A stretch of 45,273 bases of DNA, from sequence record SRR22947727_1183. One strand, given 5' to 3'. Under the pieces are notes generated by a model. It searched no databases. It saw only the letters and a program-made list of their open reading frames with translations, and was not told the origin of the DNA. Of this stretch, positions 1-9,964 are shown in pieces. The translations under genes and the position numbers were made by a program. Position 1 is the first letter of the stretch. Every line of letters begins with the position of its first letter.

Positions 1-61
1 TGATTGGATGGTCTAGCCAGATGCTTAAGTCCCGCTATTTTTGAGGGTGTGAACCGGTTCC

Positions 62-415
62 ATGACCCAGCTTCACGAGCTTCGGATGCGGCTTTTGGTT
101 CAGCAGGAAAGCGAGCGCATCGCTGCCAGCCAGCCAACAGACCTTGATTTGTCTGTGGTACAAGCGCGCTGCCTCTGCTGGCTCGCCCTCTTGGCGGAAG
201 CCCATGAAGATCAGGCCAGTGATGCTGAGAGTCGTGGAGACACCGAACAAGCGATGGGTTGGTTTGCCGACTCCATGCGTTTGCGCGATGCGCTCAATGT
301 GGTGAGCTCGATCGAGATTCCGCTTCCAGGAGTTGTGGACAGGGATGGAGATCCGTTCGGTGATCAGCTTGGTGATCGGTCTGGGTTCGATCAGGATCCA
401 CCTCTAGCGGCCTGA
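62..415 (+). CDS. Conserved hypothetical protein (cyanobacterial)
   Basis: 117-aa ORF with ATG start, helical composition and acidic tail; co-oriented with the next ORF. Confidence 0.75.
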   Translation: MTQLHELRMRLLVQQESERIAASQPTDLDLSVVQARCLCWLALLAEAHEDQASDAESRGDTEQAMGWFADSMRLRDALNVVSSIEIPLPGVVDRDGDPFGDQLGDRSGFDQDPPLAA

Positions 416-451
416 TCAGGTGCGATGATGGCTAATAACTGAGGGTCTGCT

Positions 452-907
452 TTGCCTGAAGAGCCCTGTCAATGTCCGGACTGTCAACGCTTCTATCGAG
501 AGCACGACCGTCTGATCAGAGAGTCACCAACGTTGCGTCAGCAGCAGGAGCTGAGTTGGGCGGCGCTTCAAGCCTTTAGAACCCTGTCTGGTCGCGTGCT
601 GGAGGATCTCCAAAAGCAACACGGCACTCCGGGCGCTGACGCCCAAACCCATGCCACCCCGATAGGTGGTGGAGAAGAGCCTGCTGATGCCATCCATCAA
701 GCGATGGCTGATCTTGAAAATATCAATGCGCATTTGTTTTCCATCGAAGCGTTGATGGAGCGCATTTTTGATGTGCGTGTGCCCGACGATATTGAACAGA
801 AATTCAGGGAGCTGGCCGGTGAGCTCGCCCCCGACCCTCTTAATGCTGATCGCTTGCGTTTGAATCGCCTGCTGCACCAAACCCCTGATCTTCCTGATCG
901 CAGCTGA
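452..907 (+). CDS. Conserved hypothetical protein with N-terminal CxCxxC motif
   Basis: 151-aa ORF, TTG start, CQCPDC motif, followed by a terminator. Confidence 0.75.
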   Translation: MPEEPCQCPDCQRFYREHDRLIRESPTLRQQQELSWAALQAFRTLSGRVLEDLQKQHGTPGADAQTHATPIGGGEEPADAIHQAMADLENINAHLFSIEALMERIFDVRVPDDIEQKFRELAGELAPDPLNADRLRLNRLLHQTPDLPDRS

Positions 908-930
908 ACCAGCTGAGATCAATGCCGCTC

Positions 931-965
931 AAAAAAAAGCCCTCGCGTTATGCGAGGGCTTTTTT
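931..965. terminator. Bidirectional rho-independent terminator
   Basis: AAAAAAAAGCCCTCGC-GTTAT-GCGAGGGCTTTTTT hairpin with A/T tails on both sides, between convergent genes. Confidence 0.9.
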
Positions 966-993
966 AACGCAAGTTCAATGGCTGTGCCCTTAA

Positions 994-3516
994 TCAGCGC
1001 ACGTCACAGGTGATCTCAACCGGCATGGGCTCAACTTTCCAGATGTCACGGCAGTAGTCACGGATCGAACGATCCGATGAGAAGAAGCCGCTTCTGGCGC
1101 TGTTCAACACCGACATCCGGTTCCAGTGATGGCGATCGGTCCAGGCCAGGCTCACCGCATCTTGAGCGCGCAAGTAATCGGCGAAATCAGCCATCACGAA
1201 GAAGGGATCATTCCCCGTGAGGTTGTCGATCAGAGGACGGAACAGCTCTCCATCGCCATTGCTGAAGTGACCCATCTCCACCAAGCGGATGGCCTCAGCG
1301 AGCTCAGGAACAGACTCCACCACTTCCCAAGGCCTGTAACCGCTTTGCTTGAGGGCAGCAATTTCTTCCACGGTCTTGCCAAAGAGGAAGAAGTTTTCTG
1401 CGCCCACGTGCTCACGGATTTCCACGTTGGCGCCATCGAGGGTGCCAATCGTGAGCGCTCCATTCATCGCGAACTTCATGTTGCCGGTGCCGGAGGCTTC
1501 TTTGCCAGCCGTGGAGATCTGTTCGGAAAGATCCGATGCGGGATACACCTGTTCGCCCAGCTTCACGTTGTAATCAGCCAGGAACACCACTCGCAGTCGT
1601 CCGTCCATATCCGGATCTGCATTGATCGTTTCGGCGATGCCGTTGATGAAGCGGATGATCAACTTGGCCATGTAATAGCCAGGTGCTGCCTTGCCACCAA
1701 AGATCACTGTGCGTGGCGCCATGCCATCGGCCTGGCCGTTTTTGATCCTGAGGTACTGGGTGATCACCTGCAGAGCGTTGAGGTGCTGGCGTTTGTACTC
1801 ATGGATCCGCTTCACCTGCACGTCAAACAGGCTGGATGGGTCCACCAACACGCCCGTGTTGCGGTGGATGTAGGTCGACAGCTTGCGCTTCACGGAGAGC
1901 TTGGTGTCTTCCCAATGCGTTAGGAAGCCAGAGTCGTTCTGGCGATCCTCAAGCTTGCGCAGAAGCTCCATGTTGGTGACCCAGTCGGGGCCCACATGCT
2001 CATCAAGCAGGCTGGAAAGTCCGGGATTGGAGAGTGCAACCCAGCGCCTAGGGGTCACGCCATTGGTCACGTTGGTGAATTTTTCGGGCCAGAGCTCAGC
2101 AAATTCAGGCATCAGCTGCTCACGCACCAAGTCGGAGTGGAGCGCTGCAACCCCATTCACATGATGGGCGCCAATGGTGGCGAGGTGGGCCATGCGGATT
2201 GACTTGCCACCGTCCTCATCAATGATCGAGAGTTTGCGTTGAATGGCCTCGTTGCCGGGGTAGCGCAAGCGCACCTGCTGCAGGAAGCGGCGGTTGATTT
2301 CGTAAATCAGCTCGAGGTGCCTAGGTAGCAGGCTCCCGAACAGGTTGAGATCCCATTTCTCGAGTGCCTCGGGAAGCAGGGTGTGGTTGGTGTAAGCCAC
2401 GGAACGGCGGGTGATGTTCCACGCCTTATCCCATTCCATGTGGCGATCATCGATCAGCAGACGCATCAGTTCTGCGACGGCGATCGCGGGGTGGGTGTCG
2501 TTGAGCTGAACGGTCCAGTACTCAGGGAAGTCGTCAACGGACAGCCCACGGTTATCGAGGCTGCGCAACATGTCCTGAAGAGAGCAGCTCACAAAGAAGT
2601 GCTGCTGCTTCAGGCGGAGCCGCCGGCCTTCATCGGTGCCGTCGTTCGGGTACAGCACTTTGGAGAGGGTTTCGCTGCCCACCTTCTCTTCCACGGCGCC
2701 GTAGTAATCGCCGATGTTGAACGCGTAGAAGTCAAAGCTTTCTGTGGCATCGGCGCGCCAGAGACGCAGACGATCGCAGGTGTTCACGCGGTAGCCAAGA
2801 ACGGGCACATCATGGGGTACGCCAATGGCGTGATCCGATGGAATCCAGCGCGAGCGGTAGTTGCCTTTGTCGTCGAGATAGCTCTCCGTGCGGCCGCCAA
2901 AACCCACAAAGCAAGCCTGATCGGGTTGGGGCAGTTCCCAGGGCCAACCGCCCTTCAACCACTTGTCAGTGACCTCCACCTGCCAGCCATCACGGATCAG
3001 CTGATCAAAAATTCCAAATTCGTAGCGGATGCCATAGCCCGTGGCTGGAATTTGCAGGCTTGCGAGCGACTCCATGTAGCAAGCGGCTAGGCGCCCCAGG
3101 CCGCCATTGCCGAGGCCTGGCTCTTCTTCCACCTCGATGATCTGCTGCAGGGATTCAATCCCGAAGCGTTTCACGGCTTCTTCTGCTTCGTCTTGGATCC
3201 CCAAATTGAGCAGGTTGTTGGCCAGTTGCGGTCCAATCAGGAACTCCGCAGACAAATAGGCCACCGTTTTTTGCGGTCGAGCCCGAATCGCTTCAATGCT
3301 GGCCAGGTAACGGGTCATCAGCCGATCGCGCACGGCATAGCTCAGAGCCATGTACAGGTCATGACGGCTAGCGGATGGCGCAAGCTTGCCCAGCGTGAAA
3401 AAGAGATGCTCTGTCATGCCGTCGAACACGGCATCAGCGTCCAAACCGGCCCGTTCTGGGTCGGCGTAGCAACCAGGAGTTGGAAGGCGAAGATCGAGGG
3501 GTTCGGAGCTGCTCAT
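994..3516 (-). CDS. glgP: Glycogen/alpha-glucan phosphorylase
   Basis: 840 aa; GLGNGGLGRLAAC, QLNDTHP, KRIHEYKRQ and PLP-lysine motif EASGTGNMKF. Confidence 0.98.
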   Translation of the reverse strand: MSSSEPLDLRLPTPGCYADPERAGLDADAVFDGMTEHLFFTLGKLAPSASRHDLYMALSYAVRDRLMTRYLASIEAIRARPQKTVAYLSAEFLIGPQLANNLLNLGIQDEAEEAVKRFGIESLQQIIEVEEEPGLGNGGLGRLAACYMESLASLQIPATGYGIRYEFGIFDQLIRDGWQVEVTDKWLKGGWPWELPQPDQACFVGFGGRTESYLDDKGNYRSRWIPSDHAIGVPHDVPVLGYRVNTCDRLRLWRADATESFDFYAFNIGDYYGAVEEKVGSETLSKVLYPNDGTDEGRRLRLKQQHFFVSCSLQDMLRSLDNRGLSVDDFPEYWTVQLNDTHPAIAVAELMRLLIDDRHMEWDKAWNITRRSVAYTNHTLLPEALEKWDLNLFGSLLPRHLELIYEINRRFLQQVRLRYPGNEAIQRKLSIIDEDGGKSIRMAHLATIGAHHVNGVAALHSDLVREQLMPEFAELWPEKFTNVTNGVTPRRWVALSNPGLSSLLDEHVGPDWVTNMELLRKLEDRQNDSGFLTHWEDTKLSVKRKLSTYIHRNTGVLVDPSSLFDVQVKRIHEYKRQHLNALQVITQYLRIKNGQADGMAPRTVIFGGKAAPGYYMAKLIIRFINGIAETINADPDMDGRLRVVFLADYNVKLGEQVYPASDLSEQISTAGKEASGTGNMKFAMNGALTIGTLDGANVEIREHVGAENFFLFGKTVEEIAALKQSGYRPWEVVESVPELAEAIRLVEMGHFSNGDGELFRPLIDNLTGNDPFFVMADFADYLRAQDAVSLAWTDRHHWNRMSVLNSARSGFFSSDRSIRDYCRDIWKVEPMPVEITCDVR

Positions 3517-3696
3517 GGAGAGAGAAATATGGCGTTTGCTTTTTGTGTTGGGTCAAGTTTGGTGGACTTGAGCGAAGAAAGCTTGAAACGGTGCAGGAAC
3601 TGTGACCGAGGCGTCCTTTTTGTTGCCATCAGCAAGCACAGGTTCCTAATGCGCGGCCGCTGACCGTGTTTGCCCTTAAGGTCCCGCTGAGAAAAC

Positions 3697-5103
3697 ATGC
3701 CGATTCCGATGCTCGCTGCTGCGATGCCGCCCGTTCTCATGCCGCTGTTGGCTGAACTGTCTGCCCACGATCTCGAGATGGCGGGAACCTTGATTGGGGT
3801 TGGCCGCTTCATGCTGATTTTTGTGGCGGCGCGAGCGCTGGCTGAGGTTCTGGTTCGCCTCCAGCTCCCCACCATCCTCGGAGAGCTGCTGGCTGGTGTG
3901 CTGATCGGCGCCTCTGGTTTGCATCTCTTGGTGCCACCTGAAACGCAAGTGGAGCTAAGCAATGGCCTGGTCACCCTGCTGAGCTCCCTTGGCAATGTGC
4001 CCCCCGAATCGGTGACGGAGCTCTACAACGAGAGCTTTCCAGCCCTGGAATCCGTGGCGCAACTGGGTCTGTTTGCCCTGCTGTTCCTCACCGGTCTAGA
4101 GAGTGAGCTCGATGAGCTGATCGCCGTTGGCACGCAGGCTTTCACCGTTGCTGTAGCGGGTGTGGTGTTGCCGTTTGCCCTGGGCACGTGGGGGCTGATG
4201 GCGATTTTCCATGTCGGAGCGATTCCGGCGATTTTTGCAGGTGCGTCGATGACCGCCACCAGCATTGGCATTACCGCCAGCGTGTTTGGAGAACTCGGAT
4301 ATTTGAAAACCCGTGAGGGGCAGATCGTGATCGGTGCGGCCGTTCTCGATGACATCCTCGGCATCGTGATCTTGGCTGTGGTGATCGCCTTGGCCTCCGG
4401 CGGAAGCCTGGAAATTGGACCGATCGTCAAGCTCGTCGCGGCCGCCGCTGTGTTCGTTGTGGCGGCGATTGGCTTGAGCCGCACGGCAGCCCCCGCGTTT
4501 GACTGGCTGATCGACAAACTCAAGGCACCGGGTGAGGTGCTGGTGGCCTCATTCGTGATCCTCGCGCTGAGCTGCTTCACCGCCACCGCGATTGGTTTGG
4601 AAGCCGCCCTTGGCGCCTTCGCGGCTGGCCTGATCCTCAGCAGCTCCAAGCACAATCACGCCATTCAGCAGGCGGTGCTGCCGATTGTGACCTTGTTCGC
4701 CACGATCTTCTTTGTGCTCGTAGGTGCCGGCATGGATCTCTCGGTGATCAACCCTTCTGATCCCGCTAGCCGCGCCGCCCTGATCATTGCCGCCTTCCTG
4801 TTTGTGGTTGCCGTGATCGGCAAGATTGCTGCGGGATGGGCTTTTGTAAGCAAGCAACCCACCCGCCGCCTTGTGGTGGGGCTTGGAATGATGCCTCGCG
4901 GAGAGGTGGGTTTGATTTTCTTGGGCCTAGGTACTAGCGCCAAGCTTCTGTCTCCGTCGCTTGAGGCGGCGATTCTGTTAATGGTGATCGGCACCACTTT
5001 CCTGGCACCGGTGCTGCTTCGGTTGGTGATTGGTGGCGATAAGCCTGACGACGACGACAAGGTGGATGGCGAGGTGGCGGCTGATCCCGTTGGTTTGATT
5101 TAG
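3697..5103 (+). CDS. Cation:proton antiporter, CPA2 family (NhaS3-like Na+/H+ antiporter)
   Basis: Multi-TM protein; ATSIGIT, GAAVLDDILG, GAFAAGL, GMMPRGEVGL motifs. Confidence 0.92.
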   Translation: MPIPMLAAAMPPVLMPLLAELSAHDLEMAGTLIGVGRFMLIFVAARALAEVLVRLQLPTILGELLAGVLIGASGLHLLVPPETQVELSNGLVTLLSSLGNVPPESVTELYNESFPALESVAQLGLFALLFLTGLESELDELIAVGTQAFTVAVAGVVLPFALGTWGLMAIFHVGAIPAIFAGASMTATSIGITASVFGELGYLKTREGQIVIGAAVLDDILGIVILAVVIALASGGSLEIGPIVKLVAAAAVFVVAAIGLSRTAAPAFDWLIDKLKAPGEVLVASFVILALSCFTATAIGLEAALGAFAAGLILSSSKHNHAIQQAVLPIVTLFATIFFVLVGAGMDLSVINPSDPASRAALIIAAFLFVVAVIGKIAAGWAFVSKQPTRRLVVGLGMMPRGEVGLIFLGLGTSAKLLSPSLEAAILLMVIGTTFLAPVLLRLVIGGDKPDDDDKVDGEVAADPVGLI

Positions 5104-5423
5104 TCCCCTTGCCCGCGTGCGACCACGAGAAACAAACTCCAGCCAATGGTGATTAAGGCCAGGCTGGAGGCCCAGCCTGGACCGAGCGCCCAGGCCAAGA
5201 TGAGTTGGGTGATCACACCCACAGCAAGGGCGAGCAAAAGACTGCTGATCACCAACGCGGCCTGACGCCAGGCCCCAGTGAGGGGGCTGTCCTCCAGGCT
5301 TGCCTCCAGTCTTTGCAGGGGGCCACTAAGCGGCAGGTAGAGGGCAAGCGCCCAAAACAGGCCTCCGCTGAGCGTGCTGCTTTGCAGCAGGGGCCCCATC
5401 TCGTAAGTGTCCATCGTTGGCAA
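5100..5423 (-). CDS. Small hypothetical membrane protein
   Basis: 107 aa with about three hydrophobic segments; exact start uncertain. Confidence 0.65.
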   Translation of the reverse strand: MPTMDTYEMGPLLQSSTLSGGLFWALALYLPLSGPLQRLEASLEDSPLTGAWRQAALVISSLLLALAVGVITQLILAWALGPGWASSLALITIGWSLFLVVARGQGD

Positions 5424-5483
5424 GTGCCCGGCGCTGCGGAGGAATGAACAGGATGCCTAGCATCGCTGCCCGACGAACAGAGA

Positions 5484-6407
5484 GTGGTGGGCGAGACCTG
5501 GTGGCAGTTTGAAAACCATGCGGTGCATGGTCTTTGCCAGATGCCTGATCAGCCTGAGGCCGCGGCTCAGGCCAAAACGCGACCAGCGCTGTTGCTTGTG
5601 CATGGTTTTGGCGCTTCTACCGACCATTGGCGCCACAACATCCCCGTGCTGGCAAGCGAATACGAAGTGCATGCGCTCGATCTCCTTGGCTTCGGCCGCA
5701 GCGCCAAACCAGCAGGGCTCACCTATGGCGGTGCGCTCTGGCGCGACCAGTTGGTGGCCTATGTCCAGGAGCGGATCGGCCGCCCCACCGTGATTGCTGG
5801 AAATTCGCTCGGGGGGTTTGCTGCCTTAGCGGCTGGGGCCGCTTTAAAAGATCAGTCGGCGGGTGTGGTGCTTCTCAATGCCGCTGGCCCCTTCAGCGAT
5901 GAACAGCGCGCGAAACCCAGTGGCTGGGGCTCCATCGCTCGCCGAACGATTGGATCAGCCCTGCTCAAAAGCCCAGTGCTGCAACGGGTGTTGTTTGAGA
6001 ATTTGCGCCGGCGCTCCACGATTCGGCGCACCCTCAATCAGGTGTATGTCGATCGCACCAATGTCGACGACGCCCTGGTAGAGGCGATTCGTCTTCCGTC
6101 GCTGGATCCTGGTGCTTTTGGGGTGTTTCGCACCGTCTTTGATATTCCCAGCGGTCAACCTCTCGATGAGTTGTTTGCCCAGCTTCAATCCCCACTGTTT
6201 TTGCTCTGGGGGATCCGTGATCCCTGGATCAATGCCGCCGGACGCCGGGCAAGCTTTCAGCGCCATGCTCCGGAGAACACCCATGAAGTGGTGTTAGAAG
6301 CCGGCCATTGTCCTCATGATGAGGTCCCGGATCAGGTGAACAAGGCCCTGCTCGATTGGCTGGGTTCCCTGCAAAGCCAACCCATGAAAAGTCTCCAAGA
6401 GGATTGA
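5484..6407 (+). CDS. Alpha/beta fold hydrolase
   Basis: [21 protein letters not shown] nucleophile elbow, WGxx[11 protein letters not shown]. Confidence 0.95.
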   Translation: MVGETWWQFENHAVHGLCQMPDQPEAAAQAKTRPALLLVHGFGASTDHWRHNIPVLASEYEVHALDLLGFGRSAKPAGLTYGGALWRDQLVAYVQERIGRPTVIAGNSLGGFAALAAGAALKDQSAGVVLLNAAGPFSDEQRAKPSGWGSIARRTIGSALLKSPVLQRVLFENLRRRSTIRRTLNQVYVDRTNVDDALVEAIRLPSLDPGAFGVFRTVFDIPSGQPLDELFAQLQSPLFLLWGIRDPWINAAGRRASFQRHAPENTHEVVLEAGHCPHDEVPDQVNKALLDWLGSLQSQPMKSLQED

Positions 6408-6463
6408 AACCATGGCTGCGCGGATCACGGCCCTGTGGTCACACTGAGGAAGCTCCGGGTTTC

Positions 6464-7324
6464 ATGGCCATGACCCTTCGTCAACTGTCAACGCCGTATA
6501 CCCACTGGGAATACGTCCATCCTCAAAGTGGTGATCGCCTGCGGGTGGTGCCTGAACGCGGCGGCATTGTCACGGAATGGCTCTGCAACGGGCGAGAGAT
6601 TCTTTATTTTGACCAGACGCGTTACGCCGATCCAAACCAGAGCATCCGAGGTGGGATTCCCGTGCTCTTCCCCATCTGCGGAAACCTTCCCGGCGACCGG
6701 CTGCCTTTGAAGAGCGGTGACGCCACCCTCAAGCAGCATGGCTTTGCGCGCGGCTTGCCCTGGCAGCTGGAGCTGCTCGATGACCAAAGCGGCGTGCTTT
6801 TGTGCTTAACCGATACGGACGAGACTCGTGCGGACTATCCGTTCCGCTTCCGTGTGGAGATGGCGGTGCGGCCGGTGAATGGTGCCCTGGAGATCACCAC
6901 CACGATTGCGAATGCCAATGAAAGCGGCGAGTCGATGCCGTTCAGTTTTGGTCTCCATCCCTATTTCAACGTGACCGATCTCAGTCGCACCAGCCTCGAA
7001 GGTTTGGCACCCCAGTGCCTCAACCACCTCGTGATGGCAGAGGCTGAAACCGCAGGCCAATTGAGCCGATTGCCAGAGGGGGTGGACTTTCTCACCCGCC
7101 CTGCTGGACCGGTCACCCTGGTGGATGAGGCTGCGGGAACGCGTTTGCAGCTGCAGCATCAAGCGCCCATGGATCTCACGGTGGTCTGGACCGAGCCCCC
7201 TCGCTCGATGGTCTGCCTCGAGCCCTGGACCGGCCCGCGTCAGTCCCTGATCACCGGGGACGGCAAGCTCGAGCTCGCACCTGGCGAGAGCCTTCAGCTC
7301 AGCTGCCGCTACTCCGTCAGTTAA
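6464..7324 (+). CDS. Galactose mutarotase / aldose 1-epimerase family protein
   Basis: RGGIPVLFP, QHGFAR, FGLHPYF, CLEPW motifs; start placed at ATG 6464 downstream of GAGGA rather than 6356. Confidence 0.92.
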   Translation: MAMTLRQLSTPYTHWEYVHPQSGDRLRVVPERGGIVTEWLCNGREILYFDQTRYADPNQSIRGGIPVLFPICGNLPGDRLPLKSGDATLKQHGFARGLPWQLELLDDQSGVLLCLTDTDETRADYPFRFRVEMAVRPVNGALEITTTIANANESGESMPFSFGLHPYFNVTDLSRTSLEGLAPQCLNHLVMAEAETAGQLSRLPEGVDFLTRPAGPVTLVDEAAGTRLQLQHQAPMDLTVVWTEPPRSMVCLEPWTGPRQSLITGDGKLELAPGESLQLSCRYSVS

Positions 7325-8516
7325 GGGGGGCGGCTACCCCGGGCAACCGTCCTCTGCACAGCTGTTGTTTCGGGTCAAACTGATGCTTCACGGCTTCAAT
7401 CAGGGGGCGGGATGGGGCATCCAGCCAGGCGGGTAGAGCCCCTGGCTGGGTTCCAGGTTGGATCAGCACGCTGAGCTGACCCCCTAAGGCCATCACCCGC
7501 CGTCTCAGTGCTTCGATCAGGTATTCCGGTGTGGGAGAACCGCTGGGTTGCCAGGCCTCACCGCTGCCGGCTCCAGCGGCGAGCTGCCAAGACCAGCCCT
7601 TGAGAGCCGTGCATTCGCGCGAGCTGAACAACTGCTGGAGCTGGGCGGGCGGTAGGCAGAGGCGCAGCAGCCAGGCTGGATCTTCGTGGGTGAAAGATCC
7701 TTCCGGGATGGGGGTCTCCCAGGGCATGCGCTCTGTGCTTAGCCCCTGCTGGTCAGCGAGTGTCTCGAGCCGGTTGAGTTGGTCGACGACCGCACCATCA
7801 CTGATGCTGGCCCCGCCCAACAGGATCTTTGGCCCCTGGTCCGGGCGCAGCTCCCAATCCATCCATTCGGGGGTGAAGCTGCTGCCCACCACCTCGGCTC
7901 GGAAGGCCTCGAGTTGGCTGAAGTCACCTTCTAGAACCAGCTGGCCGCGTGGTTCACGAATCGGTTGCACGCGCAAGGTGAGCGCGCTGATCAAGGCGAG
8001 GCTGCCCCAGCTGCCGCAGAGCAGGCGCATCAGGTCATAGCCCGCCACGTTTTTCACGACCCGGCCGCCGGCACGGGCGCTCACCCCATCGCTGCGGATC
8101 AAGCTGACGCCAATGATCTGGTCGCGCACGCCTAAGTGACGTTGGCGCAGACCTCCAGACAACCCCCTGGCCACAAGTCCGCCGATCGTTCCCGCCGATG
8201 AAGGCGAGGCCATGCTGCTGCCCCAGGGCCAGTTGAGCGGCAGCCATTGCTGATGCTCGGCCAGAGCTGCTTGAAGGTCGGCCAAGGGCATGCCGGCATC
8301 CACGGTGATGGTCAGGTCATCCACCGCGTGGTCAATGATTCCGGACAGCTCGCGCATGCTCAGCACTGGCCCCGAATCTGCGGCGAGGGGAGGGCCCCAG
8401 TGCAGACGGCTGCCCAGTCCGGAGGGGACCCAGGGCCGTCCTTCGGCATGCAGGTCGGCGATGAGTTGGCCAAGCTCCTCAAGAGACTTGGGTGCTAGTA
8501 CCGCTGTGGAGGACAT
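7317..8516 (-). CDS. glcE: Glycolate dehydrogenase FAD-binding subunit-like oxidoreductase
   Basis: DLTITVDAG, GTIGG, GGRVVKNVAGYDLMRLLCGSWGSL, C-terminal KHQFDP. Confidence 0.88.
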   Translation of the reverse strand: MSSTAVLAPKSLEELGQLIADLHAEGRPWVPSGLGSRLHWGPPLAADSGPVLSMRELSGIIDHAVDDLTITVDAGMPLADLQAALAEHQQWLPLNWPWGSSMASPSSAGTIGGLVARGLSGGLRQRHLGVRDQIIGVSLIRSDGVSARAGGRVVKNVAGYDLMRLLCGSWGSLALISALTLRVQPIREPRGQLVLEGDFSQLEAFRAEVVGSSFTPEWMDWELRPDQGPKILLGGASISDGAVVDQLNRLETLADQQGLSTERMPWETPIPEGSFTHEDPAWLLRLCLPPAQLQQLFSSRECTALKGWSWQLAAGAGSGEAWQPSGSPTPEYLIEALRRRVMALGGQLSVLIQPGTQPGALPAWLDAPSRPLIEAVKHQFDPKQQLCRGRLPGVAAPLN

Positions 8517-8572
8517 CCCTTGTTCAGGCACGTGAGCGACCAGGCCAGATCAATACAACAACCGATCGTGCC

Positions 8573-9964
8573 ATGAAGATTGTCGTAATCGACGACGATC
8601 CCACCGGTTCTCAGACGGTGCACAGTTGCCCGCTGCTGTTGCGTTGGGATCAAGCGGCATTGCGTAAGGGATTAGGCCATCCCTCGCCGTTGCTGTTTGT
8701 GTTGGCGAACACGCGGGCGCTCACGCCTGAGGCCGCGGCATCCCGCAACCGCGAGATTGTGGACGCTCTGGTGCTGGCCATGGCCGCTGAAGGCGTTCAG
8801 GAGCATGAGCTGCTGCTCGTGAGCCGCGGTGATTCCACCCTGCGTGGTCACGGCGTGCTCGAACCCCAGGTGCTGGCGCAGGCCTGGGAGGAGCATTTCG
8901 CTGCGGTGGATGCCACCTTGCATGTGCCTGCATTCTTGGAAGGAGGGCGCACCACCGTGAACGGGGTGCATCTGCTCCATGGAGAGCCGGTGCACACCAC
9001 AGCGTTTGCCCGAGATCGCCTGTTTGGTTATGGCACCAGTGATCTGGCGGAATGGCTCGAAGAAAAGAGTGCTGGCCAGATCTCTGCAGACGCAGTGGTG
9101 CGGATCCCGCTGGCGTTGCTGGAAGCAGAGCGAGCGGAGGATCTCTTGGCTTGTCTTGAGGCGTTAAACGCCAACAGATCTGTTGTCGTCGATGCGACCC
9201 ACCCTGAGCATCTCCGGGCGCTCGGAGTCGCAATCCGCCGGCTGCAGGGGCGCAAGCGTTTCTTGTTCCGTTCAGCGGCAAGCCTGCTTAATGGCCTGGT
9301 GGATTCCGGTCCATCGCCCTTGGGACCCCAGCCCCTGGATTCCGGCGGCCTGGTGGGCTTGCGTCGCCGGGATCCCTTGGGTCAGCCGCTCCCTGGCTTG
9401 GTTGTGGTGGGCTCCCACGTGGCCTTGGCAGATCAGCAGTTGAAAGATCTGCTGGCCAACGCGCGTTGCCGCGGCATTGCGTTGCCGGTGGCTCGCATCG
9501 CCCGGGTGCTGCAGGGAGGATCTTCTGATTGGCTCCTGCCGGATCTGGAGGCTGAATGGCGCAGTCAGCTGGAGCTGGCGCTGGAGGAGGGGCTCACGCC
9601 AGTGCTGTTTTCTAGTCGTGGTGAATTGGAGTTTGGAGCTGGTGCGGCGGCGGCGGCGCGGCGGTTGCGCTTTGGGATGGAGCTCGCATCCTTGATGGCC
9701 CGTTTGCTGGCCGGTGTGGCACCGCGGCTTGGTTATTTGATCAGCAAAGGAGGCATCACCACCGGCACCCTGCTTGTGGAGGGGCTTGGCCTCGAGGCTG
9801 TGCAGCTGGAGGGGCAGCTCTTGCCAGGTTTGTCGCTCGTGCGCCCCATCGCTGGTCCCAGCGATCCACTGCCGGTGATCACCTTTCCAGGCAATCTCGG
9901 TGAGCCAGACACTCTCACCGAGGCTTGGCGTTGGCTCGAAGGCTTGAAGGGTGAAGGGCTTTAG
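8573..9964 (+). CDS. Four-carbon acid sugar kinase family (DUF1537/YgbK)
   Basis: KIVVIDDDPTGSQTV, SRGDSTLRGH, SKGGITT, FPGNLG; start at ATG 8573. Confidence 0.92.
   Translation: MKIVVIDDDPTGSQTVHSCPLLLRWDQAALRKGLGHPSPLLFVLANTRALTPEAAASRNREIVDALVLAMAAEGVQEHELLLVSRGDSTLRGHGVLEPQVLAQAWEEHFAAVDATLHVPAFLEGGRTTVNGVHLLHGEPVHTTAFARDRLFGYGTSDLAEWLEEKSAGQISADAVVRIPLALLEAERAEDLLACLEALNANRSVVVDATHPEHLRALGVAIRRLQGRKRFLFRSAASLLNGLVDSGPSPLGPQPLDSGGLVGLRRRDPLGQPLPGLVVVGSHVALADQQLKDLLANARCRGIALPVARIARVLQGGSSDWLLPDLEAEWRSQLELALEEGLTPVLFSSRGELEFGAGAAAAARRLRFGMELASLMARLLAGVAPRLGYLISKGGITTGTLLVEGLGLEAVQLEGQLLPGLSLVRPIAGPSDPLPVITFPGNLGEPDTLTEAWRWLEGLKGEGL

Noticed and set aside
1126-3090. Long plus-strand ORFs (265 aa, 235 aa) opposite glgP, and similar shadow ORFs opposite other genes
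   Set aside because: Antisense shadows expected from GC-rich codon bias; no motifs and fully overlapping well-supported genes
6356-6463. N-terminal extension of the mutarotase ORF (similarly for icd, kdsA, kdsD, the kinase and the 35869..36755 sulfotransferase)
   Set aside because: Extensions overlap neighbours or lack family similarity; downstream starts fit the family N-termini better
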